The position numbers were made by a program, and so were the translations under genes. From NCBI GenBank assembly GCA_965261085.1, contig OZ253442.1, forward strand, positions 3,520,001-3,584,000: a stretch of DNA of 64,000 bases, in the 5' to 3' direction. How positions within the stretch are numbered: the first letter of the stretch is position 1; the number at the start of each line of letters is the position of its first letter. The notes beneath the pieces were generated by a model, which saw only the letters and a list, made by a program, of their open reading frames with translations, was not told the DNA's origin and ran no database searches. This DNA comes from a bacterium. Its GTDB lineage: Bacteria; UBA8248. Positions 46,864-57,094 of this stretch are shown in pieces.

Positions 46864-49727
46864 GAAAGCACCTTCGCGGCGATGCGGGCGCAGCGCGCCG
46901 AGAGGTCGGGAAAGCGTGGATCTGCGCCCACGTCTTCTGAAATTTTCCACGACATGGCGCATTTCGCCCCCCGCGCCTCGCTCACTTCGACGGCCAGACC
47001 CTCTACATCCTCACTGCGGTAGGCATCGCCTAAAGGCGCCTCGCCTGCGCTTGCGAGCGCGGCGCCCGAGACGATGAATACGTCTTCCATCTCGGGCTCC
47101 AAGGCCTCCAGCCTCTCGCGCATCTTCTCCTCGGCGAAGAGCCTCACGCTGAAATTGAGCGAACTTCCCTTGCCCTTTTCCTGGGTCTGGCGAACGAGTT
47201 CGAGCGCCTTGAGCACCTCGCCCCTCGCGCGCATGAGCGGGTCCCATTTCTCTTCGAGAACCTCATCACGCCGCGCGGCGTCGACTTCGGGCAAAGAGGC
47301 CAGGTGAACGCTCTCGCCATGCAGTTTCGGCGTGAGCAGATAGGCTTCTTCCGCCGTGAAGGGCAGGATCGGCGCCATCATCCGGAGCAGCGCATCCAGA
47401 ATGTCGTGCATGGTGCTCAAGCCCGATATTCTGTCCACATCATCGGGCAGCGAGACGTAGAGCCTGTCTTTGAGCACATCGAGATAGAACGAAGACAAAT
47501 CTACTGCGCAGAAGTTATTGAGCGCATGGTAGACGGTATGAAACTCATAATCGGCATAGGCCTGCCGCACGCGCTCGATGAGCTTGTCCAGACGGCTGAT
47601 GATGAGCCTGTCGATCTCTATGCGCTCGGGCAGCGGAACCGCGTCCTTGCCGGGGTCGAAACTCTCATAGTCCCTCAGATTGCCCAGCAGGAAGCGGCAC
47701 GTATTTCTTATCCGGCGGTAGGCCTCGGCCATGCGGTCCAGAATTTGCGGGGAAATACGAATGTCTTCCCTGTAATTCTCTCCCGCCACCCAAAGCCTCA
47801 GGATTTCAGCGCCGTATCTCTTGATGATCTTCTCGGGCGCAATCGTATTGCCCAGGGATTTGCTCATCTTCTTGCCCTTGCCGTCCACCACGTAGCCGTG
47901 GGTGAGCACCTCCCGGTAGGGCGCCGCATCCCTGACGCCCACGGCGGCGAGCAGGGAGCTGTGGAACCAGCCGCGGTGCTGATCGCTGCCTTCAAGGTAC
48001 ATATCGGCAGGCCAGGTGAGTTCTTCTCTTTTTTCCATGACGGCCGCCTGGCTCACGCCCGAATCGAACCACACGTCGAGAATGTCGGTCTCTTTCCTGA
48101 ACGACGCGCCGCCGCATTCGGGGCACGTATACCCCGGCGGCAGAAGCTCTCCGGGCTGCTTTTCGAACCAGACGTCCGCGCCACCCTCTTCCATCAAGTC
48201 CGCCACGCGGTGCGCCACCTCCGCATCCACGACCACGTGCGCGCAACCCTCGCAATGAAAGGCGACGATGGGGACTCCCCAGGAGCGCTGGCGCGAGATA
48301 CACCAGTCCGGCCTGTTCTCCACCATCCCGTAGATGCGCTCCTCACCCCAGGGCGGCACCCAGGCCACCTTGCGAATTTCTTCGAGCGAGCGTTTTCTCA
48401 AATCGCCGTGCTCCATCGAGATGAACCACTGGGGCGTCGCTCGGAAGATGGTCGGTCTGTGGCTGCGCCAGTCGTGCGGATAGGGGTGGGTGTAATCCTC
48501 CACCGCGAACAGACGACCCGAATCGCGCAGATGCGCAATGATGTTCGGGTCCGCGTCGAAGACGAACTGGCCGGCGAAATGCGCCACGTCGGCGGTGAAT
48601 TTTCCGTCATCCGCTATGGGGCTGTAGACTTCGAGGCCGTATTTGAGGCCGGTCTCGTAGTCCTCGCGTCCGTGGCCGGGGGCGGTGTGCACGACGCCCG
48701 TTCCCTGATCGAGGGTGACGTAATCGGCCTGCACGACGAGCGAGTCGCGCTCCACCCAGGGATGCCGCGCGCGCAAGCCCTCGATCTGTCCCCCCTGAAA
48801 GCTCGTCACTTTCTCGAAGCCAGCGCTCGCCCCTTCTTTTTCGGCCAACGCTTTGAGCCGGGGCAGGAAGTGCTCATGGAATATCAAGAGTTCATCCCCA
48901 TGGCGGAACACGCCATATTCCAAAGACGCACTGAAGGCCAGCGCCAGATTCGCGGGCAGCGTCCAGGGCGTCGTCGTCCAGATGAGGACGCTTACCTGCG
49001 AACCTTCGGCGGCCTCGCCCAGATCGGGAATCTTCTCCGCCCAGCTTGTGAGTTGCTCCTCGGCGATGGGGAACTTCACATAGATGCTCGGCGTGGTGAT
49101 GTCCTCATACTCGACTTCCGCCTCGGCCAGCGCCGTTCGCAGGCCCGGCGCCCAGTGCACGGGTTTCAAGCCCAGATACACGCCCCCGCGCTCGATGAAG
49201 CGCGCCAGTTCGCGCACCGTGGCCGCCTCGTAGTCATAGCTCATGGTGAGGTAGGGCCGCTCCCAGTCTCCAAAGACGCCCAGCCGCTTGAACTCGTCCC
49301 GTTGGATGTCGATGTATTTCTCGGCGTATTCGCGGCACATCTTGCGCTTTTGAACCTCGTCGATCTCGAAGCGCTTGCGGCCGAGTTCCTTATCCACCTG
49401 GTGTTCGATCGGAAGCCCGTGGCAATCCCATCCCGGCACGTAGACGGCGTCGAAACCGGCCATCTGCTTCGATTTCACCACGACGTCCTTCAGAATCTTG
49501 TTCAGCACCGTTCCCAGATGGATATGCCCGTTCGCATAGGGGGGGCCGTCGTGAAGAACGTATTTCGTCCGGCCCTGCGATGCGTCCCTGATTTTCTCGT
49601 AAATGTCCTGCTCCGCCCAGGCGTCGAGCATCTGCGGCTCACGCTGGGGCAGGTTCCCCTTCATGGGAAACGAGGTCTTGGGCAGGTTCAGCAGTTCCTT
49701 GTAGTTCGTCGTCATTTTCTCTCTCAT
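46860..49727 (-). CDS. ileS: Isoleucine--tRNA ligase (type 1)
   Basis: [56 protein letters not shown]. Confidence 0.98.
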   Translation of the reverse strand: MREKMTTNYKELLNLPKTSFPMKGNLPQREPQMLDAWAEQDIYEKIRDASQGRTKYVLHDGPPYANGHIHLGTVLNKILKDVVVKSKQMAGFDAVYVPGWDCHGLPIEHQVDKELGRKRFEIDEVQKRKMCREYAEKYIDIQRDEFKRLGVFGDWERPYLTMSYDYEAATVRELARFIERGGVYLGLKPVHWAPGLRTALAEAEVEYEDITTPSIYVKFPIAEEQLTSWAEKIPDLGEAAEGSQVSVLIWTTTPWTLPANLALAFSASLEYGVFRHGDELLIFHEHFLPRLKALAEKEGASAGFEKVTSFQGGQIEGLRARHPWVERDSLVVQADYVTLDQGTGVVHTAPGHGREDYETGLKYGLEVYSPIADDGKFTADVAHFAGQFVFDADPNIIAHLRDSGRLFAVEDYTHPYPHDWRSHRPTIFRATPQWFISMEHGDLRKRSLEEIRKVAWVPPWGEERIYGMVENRPDWCISRQRSWGVPIVAFHCEGCAHVVVDAEVAHRVADLMEEGGADVWFEKQPGELLPPGYTCPECGGASFRKETDILDVWFDSGVSQAAVMEKREELTWPADMYLEGSDQHRGWFHSSLLAAVGVRDAAPYREVLTHGYVVDGKGKKMSKSLGNTIAPEKIIKRYGAEILRLWVAGENYREDIRISPQILDRMAEAYRRIRNTCRFLLGNLRDYESFDPGKDAVPLPERIEIDRLIISRLDKLIERVRQAYADYEFHTVYHALNNFCAVDLSSFYLDVLKDRLYVSLPDDVDRISGLSTMHDILDALLRMMAPILPFTAEEAYLLTPKLHGESVHLASLPEVDAARRDEVLEEKWDPLMRARGEVLKALELVRQTQEKGKGSSLNFSVRLFAEEKMRERLEALEPEMEDVFIVSGAALASAGEAPLGDAYRSEDVEGLAVEVSEARGAKCAMSWKISEDVGADPRFPDLSARCARIAAKVLS

Positions 49728-49734
49728 TCAACCT

Positions 49735-50757
49735 CTACGTTTGGTTCATCGCCGATACGGGCGCAGAGGGTATGCCCGCCGCCTCCCTCACCAGGCGCAT
49801 CGTTTTTTGCGCCTCCGCCCTGGCCTTTGCGCCACCTTCGGCCAGAACGTCTTCTACATAGTCGATATCCTGTTCCAGGCGCTTTCTCTCTTCCCGGTAA
49901 GGCGCGAAATAGGCATCAATCCGCTCATACAGAATTTGCTTCGCGTGGCCGTAGCCGAACCCGGGCGTTTGGTATTTATCTCTCAACTCCTCTCGTTCCG
50001 CCTCGTCCGAGAACAGTTCATACAAGGAAAACAAATTACAGGTATCCGGATCTTTCGGCTCTTCGAGCGGCGTCGAGTCGGTGACGATCGACATCACGCG
50101 CTTTCTCAAGCGTTTGCCCTCCTCGAAAATCTCTATCGTGTTGTCGTAGCTCTTGCTCATCTTCTGGCCGTCCAAGCCCGGCACCTTGGCCCCCGCGTCG
50201 AGCCTGACGGTGGGCAGGGGGAAGATTTCCCCATAGGCGCCGTTGAAAGCCAGGGCCATGTCCCGCGTCATCTCGAGATGCTGAACCTGGTCTTCTCCCA
50301 CGGGCACGATGGTGGAGCGGTAAATGAGGATATCGGCGGCCATGAGCATCGGGTAATAGAAAAGCCCCACCGAGGGAGTAATGCCCCTCGCCACCTTGTC
50401 CTTAAACGAAGTGGCGCGGTCGAGAAGCCCCTTTCCCGTGACGGCGGAGAGCATCCAGGCGAGTTCGTTCACCTCGGGCACGTCGGACTGGCGGAAGAAA
50501 ACTGCTTTTTCAGGGTCCAGCCCCAGGGCGAGGTAGTCCATCGCCACGGCAAGCGTCTGCTCCGCCAGCAAGTCCTTGTCCTGCACCGTCGTCATGGCGT
50601 GATAGTTCGCGATGAAGTAGAAGGCCTCGGCCTCATCCTGGAGTGCGATGTGCTGTCTGAGCGCGCCGAAATAATTGCCCAGGTGCAGTTTTCCCGAGGG
50701 CTGCACGCCGGAGAGAAACCGCGTGGGTCGGCTTGTCTGCTCTTGACCATCCGTCAT
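49735..50757 (-). CDS. trpS: Tryptophan--tRNA ligase
   Basis: SGVQPSG.LHLGNY, YPMLMAADIL, VPVGEDQ.QH.E, KMSKSY. Confidence 0.97.
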   Translation of the reverse strand: MTDGQEQTSRPTRFLSGVQPSGKLHLGNYFGALRQHIALQDEAEAFYFIANYHAMTTVQDKDLLAEQTLAVAMDYLALGLDPEKAVFFRQSDVPEVNELAWMLSAVTGKGLLDRATSFKDKVARGITPSVGLFYYPMLMAADILIYRSTIVPVGEDQVQHLEMTRDMALAFNGAYGEIFPLPTVRLDAGAKVPGLDGQKMSKSYDNTIEIFEEGKRLRKRVMSIVTDSTPLEEPKDPDTCNLFSLYELFSDEAEREELRDKYQTPGFGYGHAKQILYERIDAYFAPYREERKRLEQDIDYVEDVLAEGGAKARAEAQKTMRLVREAAGIPSAPVSAMNQT

Positions 50758-50794
50758 CTGAGTGCCCTTCATCCGCATCCCGTCAAGAAACTCT

Positions 50795-51466
50795 CTACGC
50801 CAAACCGAAGATTCTGAGAAGATTTATCACAAAAACCTGCTCGGCCGCAGCCAGAGCAACGAAAATCGGCATCATGATCTTGTGCAGAACTCCCAGCAGC
50901 AGCAAGCCCAGCACGATGAAAAAACCGAACGACTCCATGCGCGAGTATTGCCACGCCATGCGCCTGGGCAAAAGCCCCATCACGATCCTGCCCCCGTCGA
51001 AGGGGAGGATGGGAATCAGGTTGAACGCCGCGAGCGCGGTGTTGATGGTGAAGCTCGCCCGCAGCATCAACAAAAGCGGCTCGCCCACGAAGGTCGCGCC
51101 CAGACCCCAGCGGCGCATAATGTGAAACAAAAAAGCGCTGATAATGGCCAGAATGAAATTCGCCGCCGGTCCCGCCAGCGCCACCCACATCATTCCGCGC
51201 CTGGGATGACGGAAATTGCGCGGATTCACCGGCACCGGCTTCGCCCAGCCGAAGCCCACGCCCCCCACCATGGAGATGACGAAGGCGAGCGTCCCCATCG
51301 GGTCGAGATGGACGATGGGGTTCAAATTCAAACGGCCCAGCATGCGGGCGGTGTTGTCGCCCAGCTTGTCGGCCACCCAGCCGTGGGCCACCTCGTGGAA
51401 GGTGAGCGCCAGCAGAATGGCCGGTATCGCAATCAGCAACTGCTGAATGAAATCGGATGAGAACAA
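50795..51466 (-). CDS. Site-2 protease family (M50) membrane metalloprotease
   Basis: HEVAH, NP..H.DP.G, GWAKPVPV, AGPAAN, FNLIPILPFDGG. Confidence 0.93.
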   Translation of the reverse strand: MFSSDFIQQLLIAIPAILLALTFHEVAHGWVADKLGDNTARMLGRLNLNPIVHLDPMGTLAFVISMVGGVGFGWAKPVPVNPRNFRHPRRGMMWVALAGPAANFILAIISAFLFHIMRRWGLGATFVGEPLLLMLRASFTINTALAAFNLIPILPFDGGRIVMGLLPRRMAWQYSRMESFGFFIVLGLLLLGVLHKIMMPIFVALAAAEQVFVINLLRIFGLA

Positions 51467-51619
51467 GACAGTCCCTTACCGCGACGAGAGAACCGACGAT
51501 GAAGCAGGCGACATGAACCCGGAAGTTTCCGGCGGCGGAAGTTTCACCCGCAAACTCGCTGGATTCTATGGGCTTGGGCGGAGAGGGTCAAACCCGAAAC
51601 GCGCCATGAAACGCCGACT

Positions 51620-52180
51620 TTAAGCCTTTCCCGCCTTGCCGAACGCATCCCGGAAGAAAATCTCGGCGGGGTCTTTGCGCGCGGGCGGCTTGTTGTCCTT
51701 CGCCTGGACTTCGGGATGCAAGTCCTCGGTCTTGCCCGGATACCCCACGGCGAACAGGGCCGCGACGCGAAACGGCGCCGGAATGCCGAAGTTCTCGAGC
51801 ACCTTCGGCTCGTCCCACCCCGCCATGGCGTGCACGGTCAGCCCGAAATCACTGCCCTGGAGCAGGAGATTCTCGAGCGCCATGCCCACGTCGAGCAGGT
51901 ATCGATCCTGCCCGTTACGCTCGGGCTGCTCCTCGGGGTTTCCGAGGATGATCATCTTGAGCGGCGCCGCGGTCGCCCACTGGAGATTCCCCTCGCTCAG
52001 GCATTCGTTGAACTTCGCTTGCGCCTCTTCGGATTGCACGACGATGACGCGCCAGGGCTGGCGATTGTTCGAGGACGGCGCCCAGCGGAACGCCTCGAGC
52101 AGGGCTTCGATTTTTTCCGGCTCGGGCGGCACGCCGTTAAAAGCGCGGAGACTCCTGCGGTTCTTGATGAGTGGGTGCAT
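51620..52180 (-). CDS. Nitroreductase family protein
   Basis: RRSLRAF, APSSNNRQPW, DVGMALENLLL, VGYP. Confidence 0.92.
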   Translation of the reverse strand: MHPLIKNRRSLRAFNGVPPEPEKIEALLEAFRWAPSSNNRQPWRVIVVQSEEAQAKFNECLSEGNLQWATAAPLKMIILGNPEEQPERNGQDRYLLDVGMALENLLLQGSDFGLTVHAMAGWDEPKVLENFGIPAPFRVAALFAVGYPGKTEDLHPEVQAKDNKPPARKDPAEIFFRDAFGKAGKA

Positions 52181-52376
52181 CTGTTTCTTCCTCCTGAATG
52201 AACAAAAAAGATCAAAACAAAGTAGCTATTTATACCGAACACGCAATACAAACAACTTCTCCATCAATTACATTCGCAAATACAGAGCAAACCCGGCAAA
52301 GATTAGCGCTCATGGACGATTCGTTATATAAACAGGGAACGAAACAAAACAACCATATATCTTGGTTTGGTTTTGC

Positions 52377-52406
52377 TTGACATCAATACGATTCGACGCT
52401 TATATT
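52377..52406 (+). promoter_or_regulatory. sigma70 promoter of the abiF locus
   Basis: TTGACA (52377-52382)-18 nt-TATATT (52401-52406). Confidence 0.7.
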
Positions 52407-52411
52407 AGATT

Positions 52412-52475
52412 CAACATAGCCACCACGCCTCTCTCAATGATGTCTATTGATGATGCGGACCTTGGTGGCTTTTTT
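52412..52475 (+). ncRNA. Putative abiF-associated structured RNA (antitoxin-like leader ending in a terminator)
   Basis: Nested stems AGCCACCA/TGGTGGCT, CGC/GCG and TCAAT/ATTGA followed by a T-run; lies between the promoter and the Abi gene. Confidence 0.65.
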
Positions 52476-52498
52476 ATGCTTGGGTTTTGGACGATCTA

Positions 52499-53404
52499 AT
52501 GCTCGAAATCTATCGAAAACCGGCTCTTACCTTTGATCAGCAATTGGATCTACTCAGTAAGCGTGGTTTGGTCATAGACGACAGGGCTTACGCCTTATCT
52601 AAACTCAAGGCCATCAACTATTTCCGCCTAAGCGCCTACTGTTATCCGTTCCGTATTCGAGACGAGCATTCCAATATAATGAGCAATTTTATCCAAGGCG
52701 CAAACTTTGGCGAAGTCATCAAACTGTATGAATTCGACCGCCATTTAAGATTGCTGGTCATGGACGCCATGGAAATGATGGAAGTTTATATCCGCACTTT
52801 AATCGCGTATCACCTCGGCCATACATACGGTCCTTTCGGGCATACCGACGCATCGTATTTTCATTCAACGTTCGACCATGCGCAATGGCTTGAAAAAATA
52901 GAAGAAGAGGTGAAACGCTCCAATGACACCTTTATAAAGCACTACAAGCGCAAGTATTCGGGTTTTCCTACTTTGCCGATCTGGATGAGCGCAGAAGTAA
53001 TGTCGCTCGGAAGTTTATCTTTCGGTTATACTGGCTTAAAAAACGACGACAAGAGAGCGATTTCTCGGCAATTGGGCCTTCACCATTATAAATTGAAGGA
53101 TTGGCTACATAAGCTGACATATGTCCGTAATGTGTGTGCTCATCACAGTCGGCTTTGGAACAGATCGCTTTCAATTCGTCCTGCAACCACGCGCGGCCGG
53201 GCCAGAAACCAGTCGACTACACTGAGAAACGATCGCATCTTCTTCATCCTCTTGGTGTTGCGCTATTTATTGAAGACCACGGACGATGGAGACCGCTGGC
53301 GCCAACGATGTACGGATTTGATTGATCCGATTGCTCAGCAGAGGCGTTGGCGTCTCGCCATGGGGCTGCCGGAGGACTGGAAAAAGCATCCGATATGGCG
53401 CTAA
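52499..53404 (+). CDS. Abi family protein (Abi_2/AbiF/AbiD-like HEPN ribonuclease)
   Basis: KPALTFDQQL..RGL, NYFRLSAY, LYEFDR.LR, P.W...E..SLG.LS, HEPN RNVCAH (R-x4-H) followed by SRLWNR; more AT-rich than its neighbours. Confidence 0.92.
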   Translation: MLEIYRKPALTFDQQLDLLSKRGLVIDDRAYALSKLKAINYFRLSAYCYPFRIRDEHSNIMSNFIQGANFGEVIKLYEFDRHLRLLVMDAMEMMEVYIRTLIAYHLGHTYGPFGHTDASYFHSTFDHAQWLEKIEEEVKRSNDTFIKHYKRKYSGFPTLPIWMSAEVMSLGSLSFGYTGLKNDDKRAISRQLGLHHYKLKDWLHKLTYVRNVCAHHSRLWNRSLSIRPATTRGRARNQSTTLRNDRIFFILLVLRYLLKTTDDGDRWRQRCTDLIDPIAQQRRWRLAMGLPEDWKKHPIWR

Positions 53405-53510
53405 AAAATCAAAAACGTCCCACGCATAATGACGCTTCAACAAAAAGTCGCGACATGATTCCACAATTCCGCGGCGCATGATAGCCGAATAGGGATTTGG
53501 CGGGGAGCCT

Positions 53511-54338
53511 TTACCCGGGATTCTCGAACCGGGCGTCGCGCCACGCGACGGCGGCGCGCAAGCCCTCGGTTCGCGCAATCTCAAGGAACCTGGCCTTATC
53601 CCCGGTTCCCCTGCCCTCTATCATCAAGTCGATGTCGAGCGCGGCCTCGAGCGCGCGACCCATTCCCATGATCTCAAGGCTGCGGTTCACCGCCAGCTTG
53701 GTCGCCCGCAGGAGGCTCTGGTCCATCGGCGTCATCTTCTTCGCCACGGACATGGCGGTATCGAGCACCTCCGCCTCTGGAACCACCCGGTTCACCAGGC
53801 CCATGCGATGGGCCTCGCGGGCCGAAATGCCGTCCTCCCCGGTCAGGAGTATCTCTTTCGCCAGCTTGGGGTTCGTGAGCCAGGGCAGCAGCATGACGAC
53901 GATTCCTGCGCCGAATTTGAGTTCCGGCTCGCCGAACACGGCATCCTCCGCCGCCACCGTGATGTCACACGCCAGCGCAAGTTCACAGCCTCCCGCCAGG
54001 GCGTGTCCGCAAACGGCGGCGACCGTGGGCTTGGAGAGATTCCAAAAGCGCATGACGGCGTCGAAATCCTGCCGGAGCGCGCGCCTCCATTCGGCGAAGC
54101 CGGCGGGCGTGTTCTCCGCCTGTTCCTTCAAGTCGAAGCCAGAGGAAAACGATTTCCCCTCCCCCGTGAGAACGGCGACGAAAATCGAATCCTCCGCTTC
54201 TATCAAATCACACGCTTCGTTCAACTCGCGCAGCATCGTGCGGTTCATGGCGTTCAGCCGCTCGGGGCGGTTCAGGCTCACGAGCGCGACATGCCCGCGC
54301 ACCTCGAACAATAGCGTCTCGAAAACAGGCGCGTTCAT
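53511..54338 (-). CDS. Enoyl-CoA hydratase/isomerase family protein
   Basis: LNRPERLNAM, FSSGFDL, KPTVAAV.G.A.AGGCEL...CD, FGEPE. Confidence 0.92.
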   Translation of the reverse strand: MNAPVFETLLFEVRGHVALVSLNRPERLNAMNRTMLRELNEACDLIEAEDSIFVAVLTGEGKSFSSGFDLKEQAENTPAGFAEWRRALRQDFDAVMRFWNLSKPTVAAVCGHALAGGCELALACDITVAAEDAVFGEPELKFGAGIVVMLLPWLTNPKLAKEILLTGEDGISAREAHRMGLVNRVVPEAEVLDTAMSVAKKMTPMDQSLLRATKLAVNRSLEIMGMGRALEAALDIDLMIEGRGTGDKARFLEIARTEGLRAAVAWRDARFENPG

Positions 54339-55159
54339 GGGGATGCGCGTCTCGCCAGAAAGGCCAGAATCGCCGCAGCCGAGGCTTCGGGGCGTTCTGA
54401 ATAAAAGTGATGGCCCGTGTTCTCGACCACGACCAGTTCGGCCCCCGGAATTCTCCCGGCCATGCGCCTTGAATTCTCCGTCGGCACGAGAACGTCGGCC
54501 TCGCCCGAGATGACGAGCGTACGCACACGCAAGGTCTCGATCTCTTCAGAAACATCAAATTCCGCCATCCCCTTGTTGCGCCTTGCTATCTCTTCTTTGC
54601 TGATGGGGAAGCGGCGCTTGAAGCCGTCGTAAAAATCGACCACTTCGGGCCTTTCGTCTATCGTTTCGGGATGGAAGATGGTCTCCAGCGCCGCCCGGCG
54701 TTCATCTTCCGTCGCATCGGGCGCGCCGCCGCGCGCGCGCGTCTCCCGGACGCCGGGCGCAGACGCGACTTTATCTTCCCCTCCGAAATGAGAGCACGCG
54801 ACGATGAGGCTTTTGAGTCTTTGGGGGTGTTGCACCGCGAAGGAGAGAGCTATCGTCCCGCCGTAGGAGCCGCCCATGAGGTGAAAAGAATCCAGGCCCA
54901 GGCCATCGACCAGCCCCAGGAGGTCTTCCGCCATGCGCGCGGGCGCGCGGTCGCCGTCTTCATGATGCGCCTTCGTTCTGCCCGTCCCCCGGTTGTCCGG
55001 CATGACGAGGCGATATTGCGCCGCGAGAAGGGGCCTCAACTTCCCCCAGACCTCCACGGTGGCCGTGAGGCCGCCGACCATCACCAGCGGCTCGCCCGCG
55101 CCCTCTTCCTCGTAGTAGACCTCGACTTTTCCCCGGCTCTCGATTTCCAGCGTCGCCAC
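54335..55159 (-). CDS. Alpha/beta fold hydrolase (enol-lactone hydrolase-like)
   Basis: DNRGTG, GGSYGG nucleophile elbow, GEAD, TGHH. Confidence 0.88.
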   Translation of the reverse strand: MATLEIESRGKVEVYYEEEGAGEPLVMVGGLTATVEVWGKLRPLLAAQYRLVMPDNRGTGRTKAHHEDGDRAPARMAEDLLGLVDGLGLDSFHLMGGSYGGTIALSFAVQHPQRLKSLIVACSHFGGEDKVASAPGVRETRARGGAPDATEDERRAALETIFHPETIDERPEVVDFYDGFKRRFPISKEEIARRNKGMAEFDVSEEIETLRVRTLVISGEADVLVPTENSRRMAGRIPGAELVVVENTGHHFYSERPEASAAAILAFLARRASP

Positions 55160-55261
55160 TTCAAAAAACTCCTCCGTCGCGTTTTACATTCTGGCAGATA
55201 AGCGCGCATGGTCGGCTTGTGTCTTCGCCACTCCACCCCTCGCCGTCACACGAAACACGAC

Positions 55262-56440
55262 TTACGCGCCCAGTTTCTCGGCCATCCAGTCCGCCATGTG
55301 CCCCACGACGGGCGCAATGTAGTCCATGTGGCAATGCTGGGAGCCGCCGTCCTGGCCCTTGTAAACCCTGAGCGTTTTGTCTTTGGAACCCGACGCCTTG
55401 TAGAGCGATTTCGCATCCGCGAGCGGGATTTGCTGATCGTCCTCCCCGTGCACCAGCAGGAAGGGGCACTTCATCTTCTGCACCACGCCGTCGAGGCGGA
55501 AGCCTTCGAGCTTCTCCAAGCCCTCCTCCGCCGTCTTGACGTTGAAACTCCACGCCAGGTGATTCCCCGGCGAGGGAAGCTGAATCTTGAACGCCGCGTC
55601 GATGCGCCTTTTCCAGATGGCGTGGTAGTCCCAAATCGCGCCGTGGGCGACGCACGCCTTGAAGCGGCGCTCCATGCCGGCGGTTCTGGGCGCGTAATAC
55701 CCCCCCAGGCTCGACGCCATGATGCCTGCGCGCTTCGCGTTCACATCCTTACGTTTCTCCAGCCAGTCGAGAATCGCCGAACCCGCCACCTCGTAATCGT
55801 GCCTCAAATAAATCTTGCGGAAGCGGATGGCCTCGCCCACCCCCGGGGTGTCGGGTACCACCACGCTCATGCCCCGCCGGGCCAGTTCCCTCGCCGAAAT
55901 GATCACGGGCGATTCCTTCGTGCCGTCGAAACCGGTGTAGAGCACGACCACGGGCGGTTTTGATTTCCGCGTATTCTCGGCGTGAACGAAATAGCCGGGA
56001 AGCGATTTACCCCCCTCATAGGGAATCTCGACGATCTCCGTCTTGGGCCTGTCGTTCAGGCGGACGTAGCGCTTGAAGCTGTCGATGGATTTCCGGTAAA
56101 CGCCCTGCGACACCTTATCCTTCGGGAAGCGGAACCGATCGGCCATCTGATGATAGGTGGCGGAGCGGCAAAAATGGCCCGCCGCCGTGAGCTTGTGGCC
56201 GCGCCGAACAGCCGCCATCCCCATCGCCCGCAAGCGATCGCCCATGCGGGCCCACTCCTCGAACCAGTGCGCGTCGCTGCCGGGGTTTTTCTCCAGATTT
56301 CTGCAAACCTCAAAGATTTCCGCCGGGTCGGCCCCGCCGCCCGCCACGCGCATCAGGCCGATGGAGACGATGAACGACCAGCGATAGTTATCGGGAAAGT
56401 ATGTGAACCATGGAATATTGCGTACCGCGTTGACGACCAT
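55262..56440 (-). CDS. Alpha/beta hydrolase, 2,6-dihydroxypseudooxynicotine hydrolase-like
   Basis: EIPYEG..LPGY, GFDGTKE, DTPGVG, SSLGGYYAPR, HGEDD, GG.QHC. Confidence 0.75.
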   Translation of the reverse strand: MVVNAVRNIPWFTYFPDNYRWSFIVSIGLMRVAGGGADPAEIFEVCRNLEKNPGSDAHWFEEWARMGDRLRAMGMAAVRRGHKLTAAGHFCRSATYHQMADRFRFPKDKVSQGVYRKSIDSFKRYVRLNDRPKTEIVEIPYEGGKSLPGYFVHAENTRKSKPPVVVLYTGFDGTKESPVIISARELARRGMSVVVPDTPGVGEAIRFRKIYLRHDYEVAGSAILDWLEKRKDVNAKRAGIMASSLGGYYAPRTAGMERRFKACVAHGAIWDYHAIWKRRIDAAFKIQLPSPGNHLAWSFNVKTAEEGLEKLEGFRLDGVVQKMKCPFLLVHGEDDQQIPLADAKSLYKASGSKDKTLRVYKGQDGGSQHCHMDYIAPVVGHMADWMAEKLGA

Positions 56441-56674
56441 GCGTTTTCTCCTCTGGTGCAAGAATCTGGAATAAAACAACTCTCATAGATGATGAAAGTA
56501 TACGCGAGATGACGCTTTTCTTGGAATCGGGTTATGATTCCCCGATCAAAACGAAGAACACCTTTCCGCAATCCATCACCCTGACAGGAGAGTTGATTGT
56601 AATACCATCCCCGTTTTTCCACAGGCGAAGTGAACAACACTCATCAACCATTTATAAACGCAGGGGAGTATGAA

Positions 56675-57091
56675 ATGCCTTTTTACAGCACCGAAACCAT
56701 CGAGAACGTACAGCTCAGCACGGGGAATCCGGGCGAGTACAAGCCCCTCGCCGGGGAATTCATGAAGGCGGGCGTCGTCACCTACCGGAAGGGCACGGGC
56801 TCCAAGCCTCACTGGCACAACAACGAGGAGCAATACGTCTACATCATCGTGGGCAAGCGATACATGCGACTGGGCGATGAGGAGAAAATCATCGGCCCCG
56901 GCGACATCATTCACATTCCCCGGGGAACGCTCCACGGAGGCAGGACGCTCACCGAAAAAGCGGTGATGTTCGTGGCGAAATCACCCGCCGAAGATCCCGA
57001 CCTGGGCGCGGACCACCACTACCCCGGCGATCTGGCGGACATCATCAAGCACCTGGAAGCCAAGGCGGAGGAACTCTACGGCACCGTTTAA
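56675..57091 (+). CDS. Cupin domain protein
   Basis: HWHNNEEQ..G and GDIIHIPRGTLH cupin motifs; ATG 56675 with GGAG RBS. Confidence 0.88.
   Translation: MPFYSTETIENVQLSTGNPGEYKPLAGEFMKAGVVTYRKGTGSKPHWHNNEEQYVYIIVGKRYMRLGDEEKIIGPGDIIHIPRGTLHGGRTLTEKAVMFVAKSPAEDPDLGADHHYPGDLADIIKHLEAKAEELYGTV
57030..57066 (+). repeat. Direct repeat copy 1 (inside the cupin 3' end)
   Basis: ATCTGGCGGACATCATCAAGCACCTGGAAGCCAAGGC, similar to 58451-58488. Confidence 0.8.
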
Positions 57092-57094
57092 CCT

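Noticed and set aside
47304-50084. 926-aa plus-strand ORF, and similar long ORFs at 10134-12152 and 16895-18676
   Set aside because: Antisense shadows of ileS/trpS, purH/ilvA and dnaG/mutS2 caused by high-GC codon bias; no recognisable motifs
50760-51620. T-box leader for trpS/ileS
   Set aside because: No T-box antiterminator motif seen, and no space for one directly upstream of trpS
52200-53450. A-rich similarity flanking abiF (AAAAAAGATCAAAAC versus AAAAAATCAAAAAC) as a target-site duplication
   Set aside because: Low-complexity, imperfect match; not distinguishable from chance
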